Source: Sphyrna mokarran
Taxonomy: Eukaryota
DNA: 64,000 nucleotides
Direction of reading: 5' to 3'
Assembly: GCA_024679065.1 (NCBI GenBank)
Contig: JAGIQG010000009.1
Span: 70,246,001-70,310,000 of the forward strand
Below the pieces are notes generated by a model, which saw nothing but the letters and a program-made list of their open reading frames with translations, did not search any database and was not told the origin of the DNA. Of the stretch, positions 54,501 to 64,000 are shown piece by piece; within the stretch, counting starts at the first letter, position 1; every line of letters starts with the position of its first letter. Made by a program: the position numbers and the translations under genes.

Positions 54501-57500
54501 TTTTTCATCTAACAAATGCATTTTTTCTCTCTGCGATACATATGATCCTCACAAGAAATCAGACAGGCAATATGGGTTGTGTTGTGAAGATTTTATGCGG
54601 GTTTATGATGTAGTAGGTCCCATGTGGTTAACGACAAAGAAGGCGACTGCTGAGGCAGCACTGTTCACTTTTAGCTTCACCATAAAATCAACCCTGTTTG
54701 GAAGAATTTTTCTAGGTTTCCAAGGACAATTAAGGCCAGAATTCTCTGATATATGCCTTGCCACGACTGTCAGTGACAATAGTGTTGAGGCAGCAGTGAC
54801 CAGTGCTACATGCCATTCATCTGTTCTTATTTCAATAAGTTGCATAATCAACTATGGATGGGAAAAGAATATGTACCACTATTTCAAAATTTATCCATGT
54901 ATTGGGCCATTGTTGGCTAACCAAGTGCCACTTTAATCAGCTGTAAACTCTTTCTGTAGAATGCAATGACTTTAATAATCTTTTAGTATTTTTGTTGACC
55001 GATCCCCTTCCTTCGTGCAGCCTATTTCTAGGAGGAGATGTTAATGTGAAAGGCACTCCAACTAAGAGCTCTGACCAGCCTAAACCCGCCAAGAGTGGGA
55101 GTTCAGCAGAGAGCATCAAGTCGATCAGCATTTCATCAGATTCCAGCAGTTTGGAAAGCGAACAGCCCTGCACTTCATACGCTTATGCTCAAGAAGGACC
55201 CCAGAAAAAGCTAACAGAGGTATTTCTCACAAAACATATTGTGGGAATTCAAAGCAAGTCCTGCCATCCCCACACCCACCACTGTACTTTGACCATCAAT
55301 GGGGATACAAGGGTGCTCACCAATATCTAAACTGATCACTGGTTCTGCCTGCCCAAATGCAACATGCCTTTCTTCATGGGCATATAATGTCTGATTGGGC
55401 TAACACACCTCTTGGGAACAAGCTATCGTCCTTAATTTGAATGTATTTAAGGCGACAACCTCATAATTGGCTTCTGCATGCAATATGCAACCCCAAATTA
55501 CACTACTGGTCAAAATTTCAGATTTGCAGGTAAGACTTCTGTCTCAACAAATTTCAACCCATGTTGTTTATAAAGCTATCAGATGCCAGAAAATTTATAA
55601 TTAACTGCATAGAATGCAAACTGATATTGTTTATATGAAATACGAGCTTGTTATGCATAGATTTTATTAAATATGTATCGAGGCAGCTTCACATGATTGT
55701 CACAGTAAAACCAATATCATGAAGTTAAGTTTGAAACACCTTTGATAGTGCAGGCTGATTTTTATGGTAAATATAACACACAGGCTGTTGTGACCATAAT
55801 AACTTCTAGTGTGTAATCCACAAAAATAGCACTTTGGATCAAAATCTAACAAACTACTCCACCAATAACAACAAAGCAATGCAGCTCTGCTTATCCATCA
55901 GAGTCCCACTTGACTGCCTGCTCTGTTTCTTTTCTACACTTGATCTTTAGTTATTGTTCAGCATATTCTCCAATGGCGAATGGTGTTTCTTGGGAGATTA
56001 TCAATGACCTGGATCGTCCCTTTTAGTAGAATATGTTGATGACCCATTCCTTGGAAATTTCAGTAATTCGGATGTTTTAAAATATATAGATTTTATAGAT
56101 TCACCTCTTTCAGTTTGTGTAATCCATCTCTCCAATAATGTTACTGCATTGCCCATACCCTGTATCTCAAGAGTTATTTGGCTTTTAATTTCCTTCTATC
56201 TTTCATGTCTTCTTGTCTCCTTTTTCTGGTGCTTTGCCTCACCTGCACAAAGCATCACCACTGGATGTATTTAATTTCAATCAGTGTCAGTGGGTGCTGC
56301 AAGTGAGTCACCAGGTGAGGCAAGCAGGGTAACATTTCTGAGTATGGGAGCATTCAACAGCATGGAAACCAAAATCCCAAAGGGACTATTTGATGATTTA
56401 AGTACAGCTTAAATACCTGAATGTAATGGCCCACTAGGCACTTATACATATGTGCTAAATGATAACTGCCAATGTTGGCTTGGTGACTAGTAAACATTAG
56501 GTGGCATCGTTCATCAGCACGGATTTTTGGCTAGGTAGAATCACAAGGTAAAGATTTCAGTATAACTAACTACCTTGAAATTGTGCATTCGTCAAGGCCA
56601 AACTATTGTGTCCACAATGTCTCCACTTCTGAGGGAATGGCAGAAAGTTTGTGTCAAAATAAATATAACTGGGAAGAAGGACCTTTCTGAAATATAATCA
56701 TTGGCAATTTTTTTTCTAAAATAATTCTGCAGTCATCCGAATCCTTGTGTTCTGTGGACATCTCCTCCTCCTCAGGAATTACATTGCAAGAATCATCACC
56801 ACCAGCATCGCCACCGCCAGCATCATCAGAGTCACAGCTGTTGGTATCATCATCATCAGAATCGCTGCTGGCAGTATCGCAGCTGCCAGGATCGTGGCTG
56901 CCAGGGTCGTGGCCGGCAGGATCGTGGCTGCCAGGATTGCGGCCACCAGTATCGCGGCCGCCAAGATCTTGGCCGCCAGTATCGTGGCCGCCAGTAGCCT
57001 GGCCCACCGTAGCACTGCTGCCAGGAGTGGGGCCGCTAGAATTGCTGCCATCAGTTTCACCATCGCCAGTATCACCACCATTACCCGAGCCTACCAAGGT
57101 TCACAACCATTTTGCCTCAGTCACTTGCTACAATGAAGGTCCCGTGTTCGACAAGCTGCAAGAAGATAGCTGTATCATCTGGGTCAGCCTAGAGAATGAT
57201 GATGGAAATCTATACAAAAGTGTTTTGGTAAGTACGTGGATTGTTTTCTTTATTCATATTCAAGTTGTATAAAGATTGTTAATTTCTGCCAGTATAAACA
57301 TAAATGCAAGAGAACGTTTATTTTTGAGGGGAAAATCTGGCCTCTGAACCATTTGTTCCCACACAGTCACGCTCAAGATGACTTGTGTGACTATGACCAG
57401 TACTACTTCACTGTCTACTTTCCATGTCACTGAAGCTTTTGATTCCTGAGCACTCTGACATTTCACTTTTTTCATGGAATATTGGAGCATTTTCTTTGAG

Positions 57501-60500
57501 TCTGGAGTCTTTTTTTAAATGTCCTTACTCATTAACTATACAGAGCACAACAAAATGTAGCACTTTAGTATGTTTATTTAAGGGTTTAAGCTGTTGTTAA
57601 TTTGTACCATTTCCTCACCCCTTGTGCAACAAATGCAGTTAAGAGATACAAATTGAAATCTAAGTCACTTGATTACCGCATGACTAACTATGGGTACTCT
57701 GGTCCTCCTGTTGGCTAATTGATTAATTTTAGCTCGGCATTCCTTGAGGCTTGCATGGAATTTAAAAGGATAGAGAATAGAAGAGAGCAAAGCAAAAATG
57801 GAGGTGGTGAAAGGGTACAGTTTAACTGTCAATGATAATTGTTTAATTACACTGCTTTTATCTCTTAACCAATTTCGTATCCATGTTGCCACTGCTTCTT
57901 TCATCCCAGTGGCTTCAATGTTGCTTGTGCTGTGCAGCACTTTAGCAAACAGCTTTTTGAAAATCCATAAGTACCACACTGATCTTTGTACTAATCCTCT
58001 AGTCACTCATTAATTCAGTGAAGTTAGTCAAACAGATTCACGCAGCTGTCATTTGACACATTTTTTCCTGAACAATGAAGATGGCAATTAACTTTCTCGA
58101 ACAGATATGCAATCTGCAGGTTTGATTGGAGGAATTTAGCCTATCATCTTCATTTGGATTGAGACATTTCAGTGTGTACAACCAATTAATTACACATATT
58201 GGTATAGATATACCTTGTGTCCGTCATTGCACCCGAGATAAGACAGCCGTTAGAAGTTGAAACTATTTCAATTCTGCTGTTGTTCAAGACAATCTTCCTG
58301 ACCCAGTTTGGTTAAGATGTTGTAGAAATTATTTTTCACTTGAGATTGAATAAAATCAACAAATTAAAATATTGTTTCAAACTGAAAATTTGCAATGCAG
58401 CATGCTTCATGAATGCTGAAAGGAATTGCCCCATTTAAGATTTAATAGGTTGGAGTTGCACTTGTAATCAGTACTGCCATCAATGTACAGAGACATGGTT
58501 AGTTAATATCGACTTCCTTTAAGAAAGATCCAGATAAGTTTAATCATTTTCTACACAAGCATTCGGAATATATCACAATATTCTTTCATAATGGGGAAGA
58601 GCTTTTCTGATGCCAAAGAAACTTTTCTATCATAAGGTACTAATCTCAAGAATAACAGGAAACTTGGAATGTATGGAACATATGTTTCTCTGTTCTATCT
58701 GTCTTCACCAGGTTACACTCTGACTATGCTGTGAATATGATGCCAACTGGCAGAGATCCAGCTTATGAATTCATAGCAAAACATTGCCATATTTGAAATT
58801 GGCACCAGTAAATTCTTTTCAGTGCTCAAATTAATAGTCTGTCATGGGGATGGAACTAAGGTACATAAGGAGCAATCTCGGGAGACTAAGCATATGTTCA
58901 CCGATATGCATCCTGACAGGTTAATCAGAATGTGTGTGAGATCACTGCAAACAAAGTCTGCACCAGTAACTGGACTTGTTCTTGGGCAACTGACCATCCC
59001 CAAGAGTTCTGCTACCATATGATAGCATGAAATTCATTCTTATGAACAATAGATCATCCCTTTCTCATGCTGGAGGATATTATCATTAATCAGAAGTGCA
59101 AATTTGTTAATTTACAGTATCTTGAATGCCTTGCAATTCATCCTGGAATGGCAGGATCTTTAATGAGTCCAAAATATGATTCCACTGAATATACCAATTA
59201 AAAGATACAAAAGGTTGAAATTCTCAGATAAGTCAACCTTGATATCGACAATTGCAAATTGGTAAGATCTCGTACTATAACATTGCTGCTCTCCCATATG
59301 TTTATAAAGAGCTTTGTTTCTGAGTGGCTGGAAAAATTGAATTTGTAAACCATGGACTGCAGCTCAAAAGAAGAAAAACATGCACAGTTTCTCAACTGGG
59401 AAAATTCCCTAATTCTCCCAAACAAATATCCAGATCCGTCATGTTCTTCATCTCATGGGATCAGCCATTTGCTGGACTGCTCAAACTTGAGCTGGGAGAA
59501 ATAAGCTCCAGATATAATAAGACTGAACAAAAACCAAAAGGAGATTGTTTTAAAAAAATAACATTGCTGCATATTTTGGTCACTTCAATATCCTGTTTAC
59601 CTATGCAAGTCCAGTGGTTCAAAGTTTCTGAACTCCATTCAGGGACTAAATGCTGCTTAATGTCGCAATCATTTTTATGAATTACTTTTATATAAACATG
59701 AACTAATATTATATGTCAGATTGATAATTGAGCTTTTAGCTCTATGAACAATAAATGTCAAAAATAAGCAAATGGTATAGGGGGAAAGAATGGAGCATTT
59801 AAATTGATTTTGTTTCGGACAAATTTATTTGCTTTAAACTACAAATATAGGTAAGATTGCCTAGGAATCCTTGTGGTGAAACACCGGGCTCTGTTTCTCT
59901 CAGATATTTAAGCGTGTTCCTTTACTTCTCATAACAAATGGATTTCGGTGCATTAAAGGCAAGTTTTTGCAATACCAGTCCTAAGACATTACAGTTACAT
60001 AGATGGATATTATTTCTCTGTAATTTGTACAGTGTTCAATATAATGCCACTATATATCTACTGAGCAAAAACAGCCATTTTTTAAGGGCTTGCACTTTTT
60101 TCATTATTCCTAAAGAAAAGTAAATGTTCTTTCTATTTAGGTAACAAATGAAGATAAAGCACCTGTGGTTATCCTGAGAGCCATGTCCAAGCACAACCTT
60201 GAACCAGAACTGATGGAAGATTATCAGCTGGTACAGATTACCTCAAAAGATAAAGGTGAGAGATGGGAATTGTATCTCAATTTATGATAAGTTAAGCATC
60301 TTCTGGCAACAGATTGATGTTTTCTTTATATTTCACCAAAAAGCTTGGAAAATCCATAATCCTATTATGTTCAAGTTGCACTCAGTTGGATCCAATTTGG
60401 AGAAATAAAAATAAAAAAACTCAGCAGGTCTGGCAGCATCTGTACAGAGAGAAAAACGAGTTAAAGTGATACAGACTTGATGTTGAGTCTTCTTCTTTCT

Positions 60501-61056
60501 GCACAGATTCTGCTGAACTTGCTGAGTTTTTCCAACATTTTGTTTTTCTATTTCAGATTTATAGCATCTGCAGTATTCTGCTTTCTATCCGGCTTGGAGG
60601 AATTTAACTTTATATTCCTCAATAAGTAACAATTGTCTGGACCTAATGAAAGCAACTAATATCAACCAATTCTCTGAAAGCAATATTGTGTTGAAGGATG
60701 CACAACTGGAGTTGGTTGCAAATAGTTAACATTATTCTGGTTTATTCATTCTAATTCAAGCTTTGTATTCTTGGGGGGAAAAAGATGCAAGAATCATTAT
60801 TTTGAAATTGAAAGCCTTTTTACCTGCCTTTTCTTGGCCCTCTGGCAATTTAGCAATGAAACAAGAAAATTGAATGAGGTTTCTGCTGGTTTTCTACTGA
60901 GCCAATCAGCACTATCAAAATGCATGTATAAATAACTTTGTACATTTCCTTTGCTTTTCAGAGCTTGTGATTCCAGACAATGCCAATGTGTTTTCTGCTC
61001 TGGACCCTTCTGGGAAATTTTACTTTATTCTGAAAAATCGGTACGCCTGCAAATAA
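30333..61056 (+). CDS. RGL1: RalGDS-like 1 (RGL1-like) Ral GEF, 5'-partial, 14 exons, about 690 aa
   Basis: Exons join in phase (2074 nt in total). Motifs [77 protein letters not shown] and [11 protein letters not shown] are closest to RGL1 as recalled. Ortholog versus paralog is unresolved. Confidence 0.88.
32166..32299 (+). CDS. RGL1: RGL1-like exon B (start of CDC25 domain)
   Basis: tatacag|[14 protein letters not shown]...[16 protein letters not shown]|gtgagt. Confidence 0.9.
32824..33339 (-). mobile_element. CR1-type LINE fragment (mirror of 23940-24455)
   Basis: Reverse complement of the left-arm copy. Confidence 0.85.
34595..34810 (+). CDS. RGL1: RGL1-like exon C
   Basis: gatcag|[26 protein letters not shown]...[15 protein letters not shown]|gtatga. 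Confidence 0.93.
36384..36676. mobile_element. Fold-back Penelope-like element (mirror of 20603-20895)
   Basis: Reverse complement of the left-arm copy. Confidence 0.85.
37244..37347 (+). CDS. RGL1: RGL1-like exon D
   Basis: ccaacag|[35 protein letters not shown]|gtaagt. Confidence 0.92.
38308..38392 (+). CDS. RGL1: RGL1-like exon E
   Basis: tgactag|[28 protein letters not shown]|gtaaga; phase 2 to 0 fits its neighbours. Confidence 0.88.
42418..42513 (+). CDS. RGL1: RGL1-like exon F
   Basis: ttcaaag|[32 protein letters not shown]|gtgtgt. Confidence 0.87.
43906..43992 (+). CDS. RGL1: RGL1-like exon G (probable GC donor)
   Basis: tttatag|[29 protein letters not shown]|gcaagt. Confidence 0.88.
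44334..44614 (-). mobile_element. SINE (mirror of 12665-12945)
   Basis: Reverse complement of the left-arm copy. Confidence 0.8.
44887..44919 (+). CDS. RGL1: RGL1-like exon H (33-nt exon)
   Basis: catatag|[11 protein letters not shown]|gttagt. Confidence 0.88.
45215..46414 (-). mobile_element. Penelope-like element (mirror of 10865-12064)
   Basis: Reverse complement of the left-arm copy. Confidence 0.88.
46282..46318 (+). ncRNA. Degenerate minimal hammerhead-ribozyme-like motif in the Penelope terminal repeat (mirror 10961-10997, - strand)
   Basis: cac-CTGACAA-a-GGGG-caaa-CTCC-GAAA-gctt-gtg: a CUGANGA variant, stem II, GAAA and a palindromic AAGCTT stem III. Confidence 0.55.
47435..47556 (+). 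CDS. RGL1: RGL1-like exon I
   Basis: attttag|[41 protein letters not shown]|gtaaga. Confidence 0.92.
47654..48319 (-). mobile_element. CR1-type LINE fragment (mirror of 8960-9625)
   Basis: Reverse complement of the left-arm copy. Confidence 0.75.
49788..49886 (+). CDS. RGL1: RGL1-like exon J
   Basis: cctgcag|[32 protein letters not shown]|gtattt; TSPKPRK is RGL1-type. Confidence 0.82.
50689..51549 (-). mobile_element. CR1-type LINE fragment (mirror of 5730-6590)
   Basis: ORFs 50929-51213 and 51224-51481 carry the same CR1 motifs. Confidence 0.9.
55021..55219 (+). CDS. RGL1: RGL1-like exon K (Ser-rich linker)
   Basis: cgtgcag|[39 protein letters not shown]...EGPQKKLTE|gtattt. Confidence 0.85.
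56733..57227 (+). CDS. RGL1: RGL1-like exon L (repeat-expanded linker plus start of RA domain)
   Basis: tctgcag|[15 protein letters not shown]...(repeat)...[22 protein letters not shown]|gtaagt. Confidence 0.87.
56793..57086 (+). repeat. Degenerate 15-bp coding minisatellite, about 19 units (mirror 193-486)
   Basis: Units such as tcgtggctgccagga, tcgtggccggcagga, tcgcggccgccaaga and tcgtggccgccagta. Confidence 0.9.
57820..58040 (-). mobile_element. Degenerate CR1-type RT fragment
   Basis: Antisense gtacttatggatttttcaaaaagctgtttgctaaagtgctgcac (DFQKAF-KV-H-like) and WIRNWLRDK. Confidence 0.6.
60141..60255 (+). CDS. RGL1: RGL1-like exon M (RA domain)
   Basis: tatttag|[38 protein letters not shown]|gtgaga. 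Confidence 0.92.
60410..60585. mobile_element. Fold-back Penelope-terminal-repeat-like remnant
   Basis: aaaaactcagcaggtctggcagcatctgtacagagag pairs imperfectly with ctttctgcacagattctgctgaacttgctgagttttt. Confidence 0.6.
60962..61056 (+). CDS. RGL1: RGL1-like terminal exon N (end of RA domain, TAA at 61054-61056)
   Basis: ttttcag|[31 protein letters not shown]; an ancestral-type tail continues in frame to TAG at 61129-61131. Confidence 0.88.
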
Positions 61057-61641
61057 CAGGTTAATCTACAAAGTTGGTCATGCTTGACACTACCCACATC
61101 AGCGCATAGACTAAGCAAGGTTACTCTGTAGGTGTAGGACAGCACTAACTATATATGTTCACTCATTAGATTTATCCAAAAAAGGCAATTTAAAGTAGCA
61201 ACAAATGCTAAGAATGTCTTAACAGTATTTGGGTTTCAATCAAGTTCAGATTTTCACATGTATAAATTAACCACCAGAAAAGGCAAGTACTGAAGCACTT
61301 TACCATTTCAAGCATCTTCCACACATGATGCTCCAGTGTCCTTCCCCCAACATGAATTGACGTGCCAATGAGTTGTGGTGACGGAAGGCTTTAGGGAACA
61401 CAGCACTTAATTTTTGGAGGTCCATGTATTTTTCTTGTTGCCTCCCATCAATCACTTGTTGCCCTGAAATAGGATTCACTAATCAGGCACAATTACATAA
61501 GACTACTTGTCACTAAAAAGGTTCAACATCTGTACCAGCAACACTTGGGCACAAGTATTAGAGGAAATCATCTGAGTTATTTGTACACTTTTCTAACTGT
61601 ACACTTAAATATTTTCTGTATTCCTCATATTATTTATTTGA

Positions 61642-61647
61642 AATAAA
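61642..61647 (+). promoter_or_regulatory. Candidate polyadenylation signal
   Basis: AATAAA about 590 nt after the stop, preceded by AU-rich tatttattt and followed by U-rich sequence. Confidence 0.5.
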
Positions 61648-62224
61648 ATGTTACTAAAATTTCAAAACATTCATGCTTCTTCTTTTGAAATGGAAGGCAA
61701 GACCTGATATGACCATATATATTATGATGTATCTACTTTAGTTGAGAGTTTACCTTAATGTGAACCATGCCATCTGGCATTATGGACTGTCCTATTCTAG
61801 AAACAGGCTAATGACTGATGACTGCAGTGTTCTCATGTTTTTGCAACAGCTGATCAAATAATATAACAAAGCCACGTGCTCTCAATGATCGAGTGGCTGA
61901 TTGAAAAGTAAAATGGCTAATCTTTTGAATTATTCCTGTACAAGTTGTGGCGTGAACATCGAGTGGCTAGCTTTGGCATTTCCTATTTTTCTAATATTTT
62001 GCCCTATCCCATGCTGAAATCTTTAACTTTTTGTTTTGTTGCCTTTGGTATATTCACAATCTCTCCCTTCCTGGCTCCATCTTTTTATCACTGCTAGGAT
62101 AGTTCAGATTCAAAATGGGTTGCCATGTGGAGTGGGAAAAATCACAAAGTTGTCTACCTGGCACATAAAGTTACCTGGGAGAGGGACATTAAACAGGCAC
62201 TGACTTCTGGTGGACTATCCATAA

Positions 62225-62490
62225 CGGTTAGTTAGCACTGCTGCCTTCAGGGTCCTGGGTTTAATTCCTTGCTTGGGGCACTGTCTGTGTGGAACCTGCA
62301 TATTGTCACCGTGTCTGTGCGGGTTTGCTCTGGATGCTCTGGTTTCCTCTCATAGCCTGAAAGACACGCTGGTTAGGTGGACTGGATATGGCAAATTCTC
62401 CCTTAGTGCAGTTAAACGAGTGCTGGAGTATGGGAACGAGGGGATCTTCACTGCAGTGTTAATGTAAACCTACTTATGACACAAATAACA
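62225..62490 (+). mobile_element. tRNA-derived SINE (V-SINE/HE1-like)
   Basis: gttagcactgctgcct...gggtttaattcc...gtgtctgtgcgggtttgctctggatgctctggtttcct; tail as in 12665-12945. Confidence 0.8.
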
Positions 62491-62502
62491 AAACATATTG
62501 TA

Positions 62503-62597
62503 GGCAGCATAGTAGCACAGTGGTTAGCACTGTTGCTTCACAACTTCAGAGACCTGGGTTTGATTCCTGGAGTTTGCACACTCTCCTCGTGTCTGCA
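62503..62597 (+). mobile_element. 3'-truncated tRNA-derived SINE
   Basis: ggcagcatagtagcacagtggttagcactgttgcttcaca...ctgggtttgattcc...gagtttgcacactctcc. Confidence 0.75.
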
Positions 62598-62599
62598 CT

Positions 62600-64000
62600 A
62601 GTAGGGACAGGCACTGTGAAATGCTAGTGGAAGGGGAGCATCCATATCTGTCACCAACCTAACCTTACCCACTACAAATAAAGTGATTTACCTAACTGGG
62701 ATGGGAGGAAACAAAACGTCCATCTACCTGAGTGAAACCATGTTAGTAAAGATAAATAATCTGTATTTCCCAATGAGGTTTTATGTGCGCAAAGATAACA
62801 AGGATATAATAATGGGAAATGGTCTGATGAAAGAATGAGATTTTGATAGACTGTGGAAAGGGAGAATTAATCTGGCCAAGACAGGATGGGCAGAAAACTA
62901 GAATAGGAAAACTCACAATTCACCTCAACCATTAAGGTGACGAGTCACCATCAGAAATCGTGAATTAGAGACAGGAGGGTTTGGAGCCATCTGTGCTTCT
63001 GTCCTCGGGGAATGGGCTAAAACAAAATTAGATACCGGTTTTACTACAAAGTACCCAATAAAGGAACTGGGACTGGAACATAAGCCACACTGACAATACA
63101 CAATAAAACCAGAGGCAGAGAAAGCTGTAGTGAAGATAGTTAAAGGGTTAATGGAAAGGAAGATCCTGACAGAAAACACAAGGACCACTAACTCCCCAAA
63201 ATGGCCAGTGAGCAAGCCTGATGGAAGCTATAGGCTCACGATAGATTACATCAGACTCAAAGTCACACCCAAGTTGCATCCCGTTGTAGCAAGTCCTTTA
63301 ACAAATCTTGAATGGACTGTCACAGGAGCACAAAATATTGGATATAGCCAATAGATTCTGGTCCTTATCGTTGGATCCCGAATCCCAGGACAAATTTGCC
63401 TTTACAGCAGGAGACAAACAGTGCACTTGTTTACATCAGGGATTCTACAACAGCCCTGCTATATTCCAACATATAATAAGTGACATCCTGAATGGTGTAG
63501 AACTGTCACAGGGTAGTACTGTCCTACAATATGTAGACAACATCCTAATAGCTTTGCAGTCCAAGTCAGGACATCAAGAAGCCTTATATTTAGTACTGAA
63601 TGAATTAAAAACCACAGGGTTAAAAGTAAGCCCCAAAAAAGGCACAAATCGGGAAAACACAGGTCCTATACTTAGCACGCCTTACATCCCAAGGACTTAA
63701 AGAAATGTCAACGGATCGAAAGAAGGTGATAAAACAAATGCTGTGACCCGTCATGGTAAAAGGCATCAGAAAGGTGTAAGGATTGTTCAACTAGAACCGG
63801 AGTTTCATCTCAGGGTTCACAAAATTAGCAGAAGCCATGCAAAAAACTAGTCAAAGGGGGAAAACCAGCTTTAGATCCCTTAAAATGGGGACCCAAGCAG
63901 GAAGAGGCTTACAACAGAACTGATATCGGCCCCTACACTAGGATTACCAGATTCTAATAGGAACTTCCATATCCGTTATAGCAATAAGGGAGAGTTCTGT
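62600..64000 (+). mobile_element. Degenerate endogenous retrovirus or LTR-element pro-pol fragment (protease, RT); runs off the right edge
   Basis: Protease-like MLV..GASISVT...LTGMGG...IIMG; RT motifs NSPKWPVSKPDGSYRLTIDY, LDIANRFWS, KFAFT, LHQGFYNSPAIF and VLQYVDNILIA; stops and frameshifts. Confidence 0.88.

Larger units (their letters stand above)
1..57278. repeat. Giant inverted duplication; arms 1-28589 and 28690-57278 around a 100-N gap
   Basis: Every ORF in the track has an identical opposite-strand partner with coordinates summing to 57279. The gap flanks read ...ttgcaccaa/ttggtgcaa... Spot-checked homopolymers match. Confidence 0.97.

Noticed and set aside
54340-54936. 198-aa ORF (mirror 2343-2939)
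   Set aside because: Intronic, starts at TTG, has no recognisable domain and has the composition of random AT-rich DNA.
56793-57086. Regularly spaced short repeats as a possible CRISPR-like array
   Set aside because: Tandem units without unique spacers, inside a eukaryotic coding exon.
56654-57136. Overlapping ORFs of 100-147 aa in other frames and strands (GGHDT/GSHDP repeats, Ala/Ile-rich repeats), and their mirrors at 143-625
   Set aside because: They are by-products of a stop-poor 15-bp GC-rich repeat. Only the frame leading into the RA domain has splice sites and homology.
61041-61059. gt...ag pair that could splice out the premature TAA
   Set aside because: Only about 19-20 nt, far too short for a vertebrate intron, and removal would shift the frame of the tail.

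Overview
Vertebrate genomic DNA, AT-rich and intron-rich. The SINE, CR1 and Penelope repeat content suggests a shark (inference). Bases 1-28589 appear to be an exact reverse complement of 28690-57278 (position i mirrors 57279-i) around a 100-N gap at 28590-28689, most likely a scaffolding artefact. The + strand carries 14 phase-consistent exons (30333-61056, about 690 codons) of an RGL1/RalGDS-family Ral GEF (end of REM, CDC25 GEF, Ser/Pro linker, RA domain); its 5' exons are missing at the gap. The left arm carries the mirror copy of 12 of these exons. The gene is unusual in four ways: a 15-bp minisatellite adds a Trp/Pro pentapeptide repeat, the RA domain has an Arg-to-Trp change, one intron has a probable GC donor, and an in-frame TAA lies upstream of a still recognisable RGL1-type tail ending SKVTL. 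Introns hold CR1 LINE fragments, tRNA-derived SINEs, Penelope-like elements with inverted arms, TSDs and hammerhead-like motifs, and a 63-bp locally templated insertion. A degenerate retroviral pro-pol fragment fills the last 1.4 kb. All homology calls come from recalled sequences; no searches were run.
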